A stretch of 64,000 nt of DNA from Candidatus Brocadiia bacterium (lineage in GTDB: Bacteria > Planctomycetota > Brocadiia > CAIUPP01), in contig JBEKCB010000017.1 of assembly GCA_050015075.1 (NCBI GenBank), positions 34,498-98,497 of the forward strand, in the 5' to 3' direction. The notes below the pieces were generated by a model, which did no database searches, was not told the DNA's origin, and saw only the letters and a list, made by a program, of their open reading frames with translations. The translations under genes were made by a program, and so were the position numbers. Positions 38,395 to 47,677 of the stretch are shown here, piece by piece. Position 1 is the stretch's first letter, and the number at the start of each line of letters is the position of its first letter.

Positions 38395-39500
38395 ATGAGA
38401 CCCGGAAAGAAGTGCGGATGGTCCTCGTCGGCGGCTTCCTCGGCGCGGGGAAGACCACGCTGCTGGCGCAGGCGGCGCGGCGGCTCGCGGACCAGGGCCG
38501 GAGCGTGGGAATCATCACCAATGACCAGGCCGCCAACCTCGTGGACACGGGGATTCTGCGGCAGGGCGGCTTCGGCGTCGGAGAGGTCGCCGGTGGATGC
38601 TTCTGCTGCCGGTTCAGCGACTTCGTCGCGGCAGCGGACAAGCTCCTCAATGACCTTCAGCCCGACGTGCTCTTCGGAGAGCCGGTCGGCAGTTGCACCG
38701 ACCTTTCCGCCACTGTGCTTCAGCCGCTCAAGCAGCTCTACGCCGAGTGGTTCCGCCTGGCGCCGTTCACGGTTGTGACGGATCCCGCGCGGCTGGAAGA
38801 GGCGCTGGACGCGAGCGCGGGCGCGTTTCCGGAGACCGTCGTGTACATCTTCCGAAAGCAGTTGGAGGAGGCCGACGTCATCGTGCTGAACAAGACCGAC
38901 CTGCTCTCGCCGGGCGAGCTGGCCGCGCTGAAGCGGAAGGTCGCGAAGGAATATCCCGCGACGCCGCTGCTCTGCGCCTCGGCGCTGAATGGCGACGGAG
39001 TGGACGTGTGGCTGGATTTCGTGCTGAAGGCGCCGCGCGCCGGGACTCGCATAACGGAAGTGGATTATGACAAGTACGCCGACGGCGAAGCGGCGCTCGG
39101 CTGGCTGAATTGCACGGCAAAGATTCGCGCCGCGGCGGCGACGGACTGGCGCGAGTTCTGCGCGAGTTTCATCGAGCGCGTGCGAGAGGGACTTCGCGGC
39201 GGCGTGGCGGAGATCGCGCACTTGAAGTTGCTGCTCAATACCGCCGGCGGCAGCGTGCAGGCGAACCTGACCAGTTCGCGCGGCGACCCGCTTTTCCAGG
39301 GGACGATCCAGGGCGAGCCGAGCGAAGCGCTGCTGATCGTCAACGCGCGCGTCCGCGCGGAACCCGAAGAGCTTCAGGCGGTGATCGAGAACGCGCTCGC
39401 GAGCGGTGCGCAGCAAGACGTCGCCGTGGAAATCCTCACGATGGCCAGCTTCAAGCCCGGCCGCCCGAAGCCGACGCACCGGTATAGCGATATCGTTTGA
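38391..39500 (+). CDS. CobW/COG0523-family metallochaperone GTPase
   Basis: GGFLGAGKTT, GCFCC, EPVG, NKTD; GTGA overlap with the MIP gene. Confidence 0.88.
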   Translation: MNETRKEVRMVLVGGFLGAGKTTLLAQAARRLADQGRSVGIITNDQAANLVDTGILRQGGFGVGEVAGGCFCCRFSDFVAAADKLLNDLQPDVLFGEPVGSCTDLSATVLQPLKQLYAEWFRLAPFTVVTDPARLEEALDASAGAFPETVVYIFRKQLEEADVIVLNKTDLLSPGELAALKRKVAKEYPATPLLCASALNGDGVDVWLDFVLKAPRAGTRITEVDYDKYADGEAALGWLNCTAKIRAAAATDWREFCASFIERVREGLRGGVAEIAHLKLLLNTAGGSVQANLTSSRGDPLFQGTIQGEPSEALLIVNARVRAEPEELQAVIENALASGAQQDVAVEILTMASFKPGRPKPTHRYSDIV

Positions 39501-39503
39501 CGT

Positions 39504-39596
39504 GGAGATTGGTGATTGGGAGATTGGGTGATTGGGAAATTAAGACGGGTGCTTTACCAAGTCCCAATTTCCTAATTTCCGAATTTCCCAATCTCC
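39504..39596. repeat. Octamer (GGGAGATT/AATCTCCC) inverted repeat element
   Basis: ggagattggtgattgggagattgggtgattgggaaatt ... cccaatttcctaatttccgaatttcccaatctcc; same family as 63447-63547. Confidence 0.7.
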
Positions 39597-39604
39597 GCCG
39601 TTGG

Positions 39605-40825
39605 TCACCCGGCGTCCGCGCTGAAGAAGCAGGGGCAGTCGGCGGCGCAGCGGCCGATGGTCTCGGGGCCGTTGACGCGCCGAATCCGCTCGACGGTCTC
39701 GGCGATCAGCCCGGCGGCGCGTTCGGCCTCATCGAGGACGGTGGCCGGTCCGGCGGAGATGCGAATCGAGCAGAGCGCGGCCATCTCGCTCAGCCCCATC
39801 GCCCGCAGCACGCGCGACGGCTCCTGCCGCCGGCTGGAGCAGGCGGAACCGGTCCCGACGTACACGCCCAGCAGGCTCAGCGACAGGACGACGTTGACGG
39901 CGTCGGCGTAGAGGCAGCAGAGGTTGACGGTGTTCGGCAACCGGTCGGTTGGGTGGCCGTTGAGCCGCGCGGCGGGCAGCTTGCGGACGAGGTCGCCGAA
40001 CGGGCGCATGACCTCGGGATAATGTCCCAGGTTGCGTTCAAGGTCGCGGCGCGCCACTTCCGCCGCCTGGCCCAGCGCGACGATTCCGGGCACGTTCTCC
40101 GTGCCGGCGCGGCGGTCGCCTTCCTGCCGCCCGCCTTGCTGCGTCCACTCGATGGCGACGCCCTTGCGGACGTAGAGCGCGCCGGCGCCTTTGAGGCCGC
40201 CGAACTTATGCGCGGAGATCGAGTACAGGTCGCAGCCGAGTTCCCTCACGTCCACGCGGATCTTCCCCGCCGCCTGGATGCCGTCCACGTGGAAGAGGAT
40301 CCCGCGCTCGCGGCAAAGCCGGCCGATCTCCTGAACCGGCTCGATCGTGCCCGTCTCGTTGTTCGCGTGCATGATCGAGAGGAGCGTCGCGTCCGGACGG
40401 AGCGCGGCTTCGACGTCGCGCACGTCCACGCGGCCGGCGCCGTCCACCGGCACGACGGTCAGTTCACATCCCTGGCGCGCGAGCCATCGGCAGGTTTCGA
40501 TCACGGACGGATGCTCGACGACGCTGGTGACCAGGCGGCGGAGCCGCGACTTGCCCTGCGCGGCGCATGCTCCCTTGATCGCGAGGTTGTTCGACTCGGT
40601 GCCGCCGCTGGTGAAGATGATCTCTTCCGGCGCCGCTCCGATCAAAGCGGCAGTCTGCGCGCGCGCCGCTTCGATCCGCTCGCGCGCGGCCCGGCCCGGC
40701 GCGTACGGCGCCGACGGGTTGCCGTACTCCCCGCGAAGGAACGGCATCACCGCGTCGGCCACTTCCGGATGGACCGGGCTGGTCGCGTTCCAGTCGAGAT
40801 AGATTCCATGGCTCGGAGATTCCAT
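39605..40825 (-). CDS. Cysteine desulfurase (IscS/NifS-like) with Cys-rich tail
   Basis: IYLDWNATSP, FTSGGTESNN, EH, SAHK, GTEN, GSACSS; tail CAADCPC. Confidence 0.9.
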   Translation of the reverse strand: MESPSHGIYLDWNATSPVHPEVADAVMPFLRGEYGNPSAPYAPGRAARERIEAARAQTAALIGAAPEEIIFTSGGTESNNLAIKGACAAQGKSRLRRLVTSVVEHPSVIETCRWLARQGCELTVVPVDGAGRVDVRDVEAALRPDATLLSIMHANNETGTIEPVQEIGRLCRERGILFHVDGIQAAGKIRVDVRELGCDLYSISAHKFGGLKGAGALYVRKGVAIEWTQQGGRQEGDRRAGTENVPGIVALGQAAEVARRDLERNLGHYPEVMRPFGDLVRKLPAARLNGHPTDRLPNTVNLCCLYADAVNVVLSLSLLGVYVGTGSACSSRRQEPSRVLRAMGLSEMAALCSIRISAGPATVLDEAERAAGLIAETVERIRRVNGPETIGRCAADCPCFFSADAG

Positions 40826-40921
40826 CTCCCCATTCTAACCTTTCCCGGACCGCGCGGAAAACCTCTTTGAGGTCGTGAAACCGGTTCTGGTATCATCGAG
40901 AAGTCCTGGAGCGTGACCGCG

Positions 40922-41155
40922 ATGAAGAAAGTTCAGGTGCTGGGCGCCGGCTGCCCGCGTTGCCGGAAGCTGGCGGAGAACGCGCAGGCGGCGGTGTCGG
41001 CGCTCGGCGCGGAATACCGCGTCGAGAAGATTACCGACATCGCCGAGATCCTGAAGTTCGGCGTGATGATGACTCCCGCGCTGGCTGTGGACGGCGAGGT
41101 CAAAGTCGTCGGCCGCGTGCCGGACGTCGAGGAGATCAGGAAGCTGCTGGCATGA
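40922..41155 (+). CDS. Small redox-active disulfide protein (MTH895-like)
   Basis: VLGAGCPRC...GVMMTPALAVDG. Confidence 0.88.
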   Translation: MKKVQVLGAGCPRCRKLAENAQAAVSALGAEYRVEKITDIAEILKFGVMMTPALAVDGEVKVVGRVPDVEEIRKLLA

Positions 41156-42282
41156 GCGTGACGATGAGCCGGCTCGGCAGATTTCTCGTCGTGACGGCGC
41201 TTGCAATCGCGGTGGCCGGCGTGCTCGCGGAGAAGCACCGGCAGCGGGCTGAGCGCGCGCACGCGGCGGCGCTTCCCGCGGCGGGGCTGCCGCGGCTGAT
41301 CGAGCTGGACGCGGTGGACTGCGCGCCGTGCAAGGCGATGCAGACGGTGCTGGCCGGCCTCCAGCGCGAGTGCGCCGGCCGCCTGGCCATCGAGGTAATT
41401 GACGTCCGCGCGCACCGCGACATCGAGGCGGCGTACCGCGTGCGCTTCAGCCCCACGCAGGTCTTCACGGATTCCTCGGGCGCGGAGCTGTTCCGGCATG
41501 AAGGGTTCATGCCGCGAGAGGACATCCTGTCGAAGTGGCGCGAGCTCGGATACGACCTGCAGGCGCCCGCGAGCGCGGCGGGATTGCTGGTGCGACTCTT
41601 CGGTGCGCTCAGCCATGCGGTGGCAGGCGCGCCGGCGGCGGCGCTTCTGGCGGCGTTCCTCTGGGGCGTGCTGAGCGTCATCCTGAGCCCGTGCCACCTG
41701 GCGAACATCCCGCTCGTCATCGGGTTCATCGCCGGGCAGGGGCGCATCACGGCTCGGCGCGCCTTCGGGCTCTCGGCGCTCTTCGCGGCGGGAATCCTCA
41801 CGATGTTCGGCGTCGTCGGCGGCGTCACCGTTGCGGCCGGGCGGCTGGCGGGAGAAGTCGGACCGTTCGCCCGGTATCTCATGGCGGCGGTGCTCTTCGC
41901 GGTGGGACTTCACTTCTTCGACGTGCTGCCACTGCCTTGGTCGGGCGCGGGGCTGATCGGCACGCAGCGGAAAGGCGCGGCGGCCGCGCTGATCTGCGGA
42001 CTGCTCTTCGGCGTGGCGCTGGGCCCGTGCACTTTTGCGTACATGGCGCCCATGGTGAGCGTGGCGTTCAGCGTCGCCGCCGCCAGCGTGGCCTACGGCG
42101 CGCTCCTGCTGCTGGCTTACGGCCTGGGCCACTGCTCCGTGATCGTCCTTGCCGGGACCAGCACGAAGTGGGTGCAACGCGGGCTGAACTGGAACGAAAA
42201 CTCCCGCGGCGCCCGCTGGCTCAAGCGGGCCTGCGGCGCGCTGATCCTCCTCGGCGGAGCGTACACGCTCTACGTCGCCTGA
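41152..42282 (+). CDS. Thioredoxin-CcdA (DsbD-beta) fusion
   Basis: CAPC and SPTQ in the N-domain; LSPCH, GPC and multiple TM helices. Confidence 0.85.
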   Translation: MSVTMSRLGRFLVVTALAIAVAGVLAEKHRQRAERAHAAALPAAGLPRLIELDAVDCAPCKAMQTVLAGLQRECAGRLAIEVIDVRAHRDIEAAYRVRFSPTQVFTDSSGAELFRHEGFMPREDILSKWRELGYDLQAPASAAGLLVRLFGALSHAVAGAPAAALLAAFLWGVLSVILSPCHLANIPLVIGFIAGQGRITARRAFGLSALFAAGILTMFGVVGGVTVAAGRLAGEVGPFARYLMAAVLFAVGLHFFDVLPLPWSGAGLIGTQRKGAAAALICGLLFGVALGPCTFAYMAPMVSVAFSVAAASVAYGALLLLAYGLGHCSVIVLAGTSTKWVQRGLNWNENSRGARWLKRACGALILLGGAYTLYVA

Positions 42283-42312
42283 GCAGGCCCGTCCGCGGGA
42301 CGCCCGTCCGCC

Positions 42313-43617
42313 TTATTGTCCGGCCGTCCCATTGCCTGCGGCGGTGACGTCCAGGCAGAACATCTTGTGCATGTCGCGGACGACGAGCTTGCCGTCCTTA
42401 TATGCCAGCGGCGCCCACGGTTCCGGCTGAGTGAGCATCGGCACACGGCCGAGTTCCTTGTATCCGGCCGGCGAGGCTTCCGCCATGCACAATTCCCCAT
42501 TGCCGCCCTGGATGACGTAGATCAACCCGTCGGCGATGAGCAGGTAGCCAAGATCGAAGGTCTTGGGCTTGGAGTCCCACTTGATCTGCCCGTCGAGCGT
42601 GATGCACCGCAGCCCGCCGCCCACGTCGGAGCTGTTGCCGTAGATGTATCCGTCCCAGAGCAGCGCCTGCGCGCACTTCGAGCCCATGTTCTTGTTCGCC
42701 CAGAGCTGCGTGACTTTGTACTGCTGGCCGCCGTTCGCTTCGCCCGCCGCGCGCGCGACCTTGAGCATCACGGCGCCGTGGCCGTAGCCGGTCGTGAAGA
42801 AGATGCGCCCGTCGCCGATCGGCAGCGGCGAGGGGATGTCCCACCAGGACTTGCTCGCCGGATAAACCAAGTGCTCGAAGAGCTGCGCTCCGGTCTTGGC
42901 ATCCGCGCCGACCAGGTAGCCTTGCATCCCGAGCGCCAGGACCATGTCGCGGCCGTCGAACTTCATGAGGATCGGCGACTCGTATTCCTCCTCGACGCCT
43001 TTGAGGTTCGGCGTGGTCCAGGCGACCTTGCCGGTAGTCTTCTCGTACGCGACGAGCACCGCCTTCTTGCCCCAGGGCATCACGATGACGTAGTCGCCGT
43101 ACAGGAGCGGCGAAGTGGAGACCGCCCACTGCGGTTTGCCGGCGCCCCAGTCCGCGAGCAGGTTCTTTTTCCAGACCAGGCTTCCGTCGCTGAACTTGAC
43201 CGCGGAGATTTGGCCGAAGGGGCCGATGCCGAACACCATGTTTCCGTCGGTGGCCGGAGTCGAGCGGCTGCCGTTGTGATCAATGCCGCCGGGCGCGGGA
43301 TAGGTGTAATGCCAGACTTCCTTCCCGTCGGCCATGTTGAACCGCCGGAGCGAGTCGGCCTTGTCGTCCTCGCGGTCGAGCAGGAACACGCTGTCGCCGT
43401 AGATCGCCGCGCCGCCGTAGCCCGGGCCGACCGCCTGCTCCCAGAGAACCTTCGGTCCGCCCGCCGGCCAGGCGCGCGCCAGGCCCTTCGCGTCGTGAGC
43501 GACGCCGTCGCTCTGCGGCCCGAGGAACTGCGGCCAGTCGTCGGCCGCCGCGCATGCCGCCATGCTCAAGGCCACGATGAGGCCGAACGCCGCCGCGCGG
43601 ACACGATGACTCACCAT
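42313..43617 (-). CDS. Secreted PQQ-like/BamB beta-propeller protein
   Basis: Signal peptide, DWPQFLGP, repeated G..W docking motifs. Confidence 0.85.
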   Translation of the reverse strand: MVSHRVRAAAFGLIVALSMAACAAADDWPQFLGPQSDGVAHDAKGLARAWPAGGPKVLWEQAVGPGYGGAAIYGDSVFLLDREDDKADSLRRFNMADGKEVWHYTYPAPGGIDHNGSRSTPATDGNMVFGIGPFGQISAVKFSDGSLVWKKNLLADWGAGKPQWAVSTSPLLYGDYVIVMPWGKKAVLVAYEKTTGKVAWTTPNLKGVEEEYESPILMKFDGRDMVLALGMQGYLVGADAKTGAQLFEHLVYPASKSWWDIPSPLPIGDGRIFFTTGYGHGAVMLKVARAAGEANGGQQYKVTQLWANKNMGSKCAQALLWDGYIYGNSSDVGGGLRCITLDGQIKWDSKPKTFDLGYLLIADGLIYVIQGGNGELCMAEASPAGYKELGRVPMLTQPEPWAPLAYKDGKLVVRDMHKMFCLDVTAAGNGTAGQ

Positions 43618-43690
43618 CTCTTCCTCCTTGATTGAGTTCTGGAAGCCCCAGTCATGAGATTATACAGGTTTGCGCCGGTCCGTTGCAATG

Positions 43691-45001
43691 CTATGCCGGC
43701 TTATTGCCGTCCGGGATCGCCCTCAGCGCCTCCTCGTAAATCGCCAGCGTCCGCGCCGTCATGGCCTCCGACGAGAAGAGCCGCGCGACGCCTTCCGACG
43801 CGGCGCGGCCCATCTGGTCCGCCCGGTCCGGATCGTCCATCAGCGCAGCGAGCGCCTCCGCGACCGCCGCAGGGTCCTCGACCGGCACGAGCAGGCCGCC
43901 GCCGGTGAGCCCGAACAGTTCCGGGAAAAGGCCCAGTCTCGGCGCCACGGCCGGCACGCCGGCCGCCATGGCTTCCAGGCAGGCCATCGCGCGCTGCTCG
44001 GCGTATCGGCTCGGCAGGCAGAAGGCGCTGAGGTTCTGCAGGAAGCGCACTTTCTCCTCGAGGCCGACCTCGCCGAGGTACTCGAACCGCTCCGTCAGCC
44101 CGGCCGATGCGATCCGCTCGCGCAACCGGTCCAGAAAACGGCTGTTCGGCCGCGTCACCTCGCCCGCCACGCTCAGCACCATGTCTTTCCCCGGCCGCCT
44201 TTTCTCCAGCAGGATGAACGCCTCGACGAGGATGTCCAGCCCCTTGGCCGGCGAAACGCGCGAGAGGAACCCGATGCGGAACGGCGCGCGCACGCGAGCG
44301 CCGGCCGAACGGTATCTCAGCGCCTCCACGCCGGGGCGCACGACCTGGATTCGCTCGCGCGGGACCGCGAGGAACTCGCTCATCTCGTCCGCGTGTGCCT
44401 CGCCCGGCGAGAACAGCCGGTCGAAATGCTGCGCGTGGCTGCGCATGAGCGACGTGGCTTCGTCGCGGTACGGCTGCGGCAGCCGCGCGACGAATGATTC
44501 TTCGCCCTGGAGCGTGCAGAACAGCGGCACGCCGAGCCGGCGCTTGATCTCCGGCGCGACGGCGGAGAGCAGCGAGTTGGTCAGGTTGATCACCTCGGGC
44601 CGGCGACCGCTTTCGAGGAAGCGGAGCAGTTCTTCGAGCGCCTTCCGCTGCCGCCCGTCCGCGCCGCGCAGGACCGAGACGGTCATCGCGCCGAGGTTCT
44701 CCGGCCGCGTCTCGATGGCGCGCGAGGCCAGGTTCAGCAGCCAGGGACGGTCGAGGAGCCAGTCCAGGAAGCGCGGCGTCCGCCGGAAGATGCCGGACCG
44801 GTCCTGGAGCCACGCGTTGATGCCGCCGTAGAACACGCGCTCCGCGCGCGGCATCGGCACGTCGGAGCGAAGCGGCGTGTAGAGCGGAACGAGCAGCACG
44901 TCGTGCCCGCGCGCGATCAGCCCGCGGCACAGCGCCAGGTCGCGCGCGCAGGCCCCGCAGTAGCTTCCCGCCGCGCCGGCGGCGATGTAGACGATGCGCA
45001 T
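43691..45001 (-). CDS. Glycosyltransferase family 4 with N-terminal CxxC
   Basis: YCGACARD, RVSPAKG, LEAMAAGVP. Confidence 0.87.
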   Translation of the reverse strand: MRIVYIAAGAAGSYCGACARDLALCRGLIARGHDVLLVPLYTPLRSDVPMPRAERVFYGGINAWLQDRSGIFRRTPRFLDWLLDRPWLLNLASRAIETRPENLGAMTVSVLRGADGRQRKALEELLRFLESGRRPEVINLTNSLLSAVAPEIKRRLGVPLFCTLQGEESFVARLPQPYRDEATSLMRSHAQHFDRLFSPGEAHADEMSEFLAVPRERIQVVRPGVEALRYRSAGARVRAPFRIGFLSRVSPAKGLDILVEAFILLEKRRPGKDMVLSVAGEVTRPNSRFLDRLRERIASAGLTERFEYLGEVGLEEKVRFLQNLSAFCLPSRYAEQRAMACLEAMAAGVPAVAPRLGLFPELFGLTGGGLLVPVEDPAAVAEALAALMDDPDRADQMGRAASEGVARLFSSEAMTARTLAIYEEALRAIPDGNKPA

Positions 45002-45017
45002 GGGTCAAGCTCAAAGA

Positions 45018-45102
45018 AACCACGGCTTCCACCACGGAATACACGGAGCACACCGAATGACTTTCCTAAAAAACTTCAGTGTCTTCCGTGTGTTCCGTGG
45101 TT
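45018..45102. repeat. Palindromic REP-like element
   Basis: accacggaatacacgga ... tccgtgtgttccgtggt. Confidence 0.7.
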
Positions 45103-45137
45103 GCAATATCAATTGCCGTTCTTGGTGCTTTGGTGGT

Positions 45138-47156
45138 TTAGAACACGTTGTGTTCGGGGCCACGTCTCCGCGCAAGCGCGCCGGTCGGACACGCCGCCGC
45201 GCAGCGCGCGCCGGTCCGGGCGAGACCTTCGGCGACCGGGCGGTCGAAGGGAATCGCCGCCACAGTCGGGAAGCCGCGTCCCTCGAACGTGATCCCCGGC
45301 CGCTCGCCCTCCTGTTCCGCGATCCGCACGCAGAGCCCGCAGAGGATGCACTTGCCCGACTCGTACACGATCTCCGGATGCGAGGCGTCGCGAGCGAACG
45401 CGCGGCGCGCGCCCTTGTATTTCCCCGGCTCGGCCGCGTACTCCGTCCCGTACCGCCGAAGCCCGCACGTGTCCCGCGCCAGGCAGTCGCACTGGATGCA
45501 GCGCCGCGCTTCGCGGACGGCCTCGGCGTCCGAGAGCCCGCCGGTGACCTCGTCGAACGTCGTCCGCCGCCGCGCCGCGTCAAGTGAAGTACCCTCGGCG
45601 CGTTTTTCGCCGCGAACGAACTCCCGGAAGAGCGCGGCATGCTCCGAATCGGACAACTTTCCCATCAGCACGTGCAGCGGCTTTGTCTCACCGACGACAG
45701 GTTCGGCACGCAGGAACTGGCCGATGGAGAGTGCCGCCAGCCGGCCGGCCGCGACCGCGCGCACCGCCGCGCCCGGCCCGGCGACGCACTCTCCTCCGGC
45801 GAAGACGCCGTCGAGGTTCGTCGCCAGCGTGCGCCGGTCGGCCGCGATGCCGCGGGCGGAGACGCTCAGGCCGAGCTTCTTGAAGAACTCGGTGTCCACC
45901 CGGCGCGGCGGGGCGGCGATCAATCGTCCCGCGTCGAGGGCGAATGTTGCGCCGTCTCGCTCGAACGTCACGCGCACCGCCTCGCCGCCGGTCGAATCGG
46001 TTCTCACCAGCTTCGCACTCAATTCCAGCTTGACGCCTTCGGCCTCGGCGGCGTCAACCCATTCGCCGAAGCAGGACATGCGTTCGCGCGTGGTCTCGCA
46101 GACCAGCGTGACGCGGCGCGCGCCGAGCCGCAGCGCCGTCTGCGCCGCCGCCACCGCCTCGTCGCCGCCGCCGAGAACCACGACCGATTCAGGCATTACC
46201 GGACGTTGGCCTTCGGCGACCTGCCGCAGGAACGCGAGCGCCTGGCCGCCGTCCGTGCCCGCTCTTCGCAGCTCCGCTGCTTCGGCGGGCGTAGAAGAGC
46301 CGAGCGCCAGGAACACGGCGTCGTGCTCGCGGCGCAGTCTCTCGAAATCGAGACTCTCGCCTAACCGCTCATTCATCCGGAATTCTGCGCCGAGGCGGCG
46401 GACGACGGCGATCTCGGCTTCCAGCGCGCGCTTCGGCAGGCGGAACTCGGGGACCGCGTACCGCAACAGCCCGCCCGGCTCCGCGGAGGCGTCGAAGACC
46501 GTGCAGGCATGTCCTTCCCGCAAAAGATAGAACGCCGCCGTGAGCCCCGCCGGTCCGGCGCCGACGATGGCGATTTTCTTGCCGGTTGAAGGTTCCTTCG
46601 GCGGAAGATCGGCGTCGCCCTTCGCCACCGCGGAGTCTGCCGGGAATCGTTTGAGGGCGCAGATGGCGATGGGCTGATCGAGTTCGCCGCGCCGGCAGAC
46701 GCGCTCGCAGAACCGCGGGCAGATGCGACCGAGCGCGCCGCCGAATGGGATCCGCTCGCGGATGACCTCCAGCGCGCCTGATGGATCGCCCTCGCGGATA
46801 CGCCGGTTCATCGCCGGGATGTCCATCCCGGCAGGGCAGGCCAGCGTGCAAGGCGCGACGCAGTCGCCGACGTGGTCCGAGAAGAGCAGCTCCAGCGCCG
46901 TCCTCCGCGCCGCGCTGATTTCGTCGGAGCGCGTGGTCACGACCATCCCGTCCGCCGCCGGCGCCACGCACGAGGGCACCAGGTTCCGTCGACCCTCGAC
47001 GCGCACCACGCAGAGGAAGCACGACCCGAACGGCGCGACGCCGTCCGCGTTGCAGAGCGTGGGAATCCCGATGCCAAGCTTCCGCGCCGCGTCAAGAATC
47101 GTCGCGCCGCGCTCGACCTCGACCGTGTGTCCGTCAATCGTAAGTGTAATAGGCAT
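45138..47156 (-). CDS. [2Fe-2S]/[4Fe-4S] FAD-dependent oxidoreductase (NuoG-N plus GltD/NfnB-like, StnC-like)
   Basis: IPTLC..SCFLCVV..SC, HVGDCVAPCTLACP, GRICPRFCE, GAGPAG, EARRCIQC, CILCGLC, CAAACPTGAL. Confidence 0.88.
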   Translation of the reverse strand: MPITLTIDGHTVEVERGATILDAARKLGIGIPTLCNADGVAPFGSCFLCVVRVEGRRNLVPSCVAPAADGMVVTTRSDEISAARRTALELLFSDHVGDCVAPCTLACPAGMDIPAMNRRIREGDPSGALEVIRERIPFGGALGRICPRFCERVCRRGELDQPIAICALKRFPADSAVAKGDADLPPKEPSTGKKIAIVGAGPAGLTAAFYLLREGHACTVFDASAEPGGLLRYAVPEFRLPKRALEAEIAVVRRLGAEFRMNERLGESLDFERLRREHDAVFLALGSSTPAEAAELRRAGTDGGQALAFLRQVAEGQRPVMPESVVVLGGGDEAVAAAQTALRLGARRVTLVCETTRERMSCFGEWVDAAEAEGVKLELSAKLVRTDSTGGEAVRVTFERDGATFALDAGRLIAAPPRRVDTEFFKKLGLSVSARGIAADRRTLATNLDGVFAGGECVAGPGAAVRAVAAGRLAALSIGQFLRAEPVVGETKPLHVLMGKLSDSEHAALFREFVRGEKRAEGTSLDAARRRTTFDEVTGGLSDAEAVREARRCIQCDCLARDTCGLRRYGTEYAAEPGKYKGARRAFARDASHPEIVYESGKCILCGLCVRIAEQEGERPGITFEGRGFPTVAAIPFDRPVAEGLARTGARCAAACPTGALARRRGPEHNVF

Positions 47157-47177
47157 AATTAGTTAGCGATGTATAAT

Positions 47178-47492
47178 CAGAAGTTATGTCACTAGCGTAT
47201 GTTACGGCGCGCTGGGTTCGTTTTTTCAAGTCCGATGGCCGCACTTGACCCTGTTTTTAGTGGGCGGCCAAGATCGGTCGTAGTTCGTGTTGGACCTACG
47301 CCTTCTGTGGCATCTGGTCGTAAGGTGACGAGTCATATGTTCTTACCATGTATCAATCGTAAACTACGTTACCACAGCGTCTTGAGGCAAATTGGATTCG
47401 TTTTTTCAAATCGTCTTTTGTGCGATATCTTCCTCTCCGCGTGTATCTTGCGACTTGTGCGGAAGCATACCATAATAATTCTTATGTGTCAA
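47178..47492 (-). promoter_or_regulatory. Promoter-bearing dispersed element, copy 2, with duplicated core and spaced palindromes
   Basis: TTGACA (47492-87)-N17-TATGCT (47469-64); cores TGG(G/A)TTCGTTTTTTCAA at 47213 and 47393; GTAAG-N17-CTTAC-like sites at 47178, 47319 and 47358. Confidence 0.7.
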
Positions 47493-47677
47493 GTGGCATT
47501 CTGCTGTTCTGCCGACGCTATATGCGCACTGATGTCGTACTACCCATCCGAGATGCCAGTTATGACTTGGCTCTCCGCCAAAATATTTTCCGCTTTTTTT
47601 ATTTTCAGCCGTTCCAGAGTAAACTTAGGGCCGAAGCTGCAAAAATAAGTCATGTGTCCGGGGAGCCTGCTAAGACC

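Noticed and set aside
39504-39596. CRISPR array (also considered for 47178-47413, 55810-55976 and 63447-63547)
   Set aside because: Short mirrored unit repeats or only two cores, no repeat-spacer periodicity and no cas genes.
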